Source: Lama guanicoe
Taxonomy: Eukaryota
DNA: 64,000 nucleotides
Direction: 5' to 3'
Assembly: GCA_013239625.1 (NCBI GenBank)
Contig: MU053216.1
Span: 2,322,943-2,386,942, forward strand
The notes below the pieces were generated by a model. It did no database searches, was not told the origin of the DNA, and saw nothing but the letters and a program-made list of their open reading frames with translations. Numbering within the stretch: position 1 is the stretch's first letter; every line of letters begins with the position of its first letter. The position numbers were made by a program, and so were the translations under genes. Below are positions 63,761-64,000 of the stretch, one piece after another.

Positions 63761-64000
63761 CTCGGGGTCTACCTTAGCTTCTTCATCCAGCATCTCTCCT
63801 TATCCCTACCAAACGTCTTGAAATGTGTCATCTACAGCTGCTGCCACCACTGCTCATTTATTCATTTTATACAAACATAAAAATACAGTCATTATCTACA
63901 CACATATAATCACTTGTTTTATTACATGAATACATACTCATGTTTTTTTTTAAATTAGCTGACAGTAAAAGATTTATAAAGAAAAACTTCAGAAACTCTA

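Noticed and set aside
1..64000. tRNA, rRNA, snRNA, CRISPR arrays or prokaryotic/viral coding inserts
   Set aside because: None recognised by eye; the sequence looks mammalian throughout

Overview
Mammalian genomic DNA, probably camelid. This is inferred from several young cetartiodactyl-type L1 3' ends and from no recognisable ruminant BovB/Bov-A, pig PRE-1 or cetacean CHR SINEs. Roughly half the window is interspersed repeat: old and young L1, L2, MIR, ERVL solo LTRs and MER DNA transposons. I found no intact protein-coding gene, RNA gene or CRISPR array. The main signal is in the unique sequence between the repeats. Translated by hand on the + strand, allowing stops and frameshifts, it gives an ordered series of C-type lectin-like domain (CTLD) motifs: C-x2-3-W-x5-6-C-[YF]; [WF]-x2-A-x3-C; L-x-S-I-x4-E-x2-F; W-[IV]-G-L; W-x-D-G; C...W-x4-C-x5-6-[FI]-C. 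They recur about 20-25 times from base ~136 to ~61000, and conserved Trp positions are often TGA/TAG. I read this as the fossil of one very large multi-CTLD gene, or a tandem cluster, extending beyond the window and inactivated long ago, since old L1 copies split domains. This rests on manual motif recognition and needs HMM/tBLASTn confirmation. Also present are three orphan CpG islands, a perfect 125-bp local duplication, an L1 5'-inversion and a hairpin element. Repeat boundaries and subfamily names are approximate and come from recalled consensus sequences.
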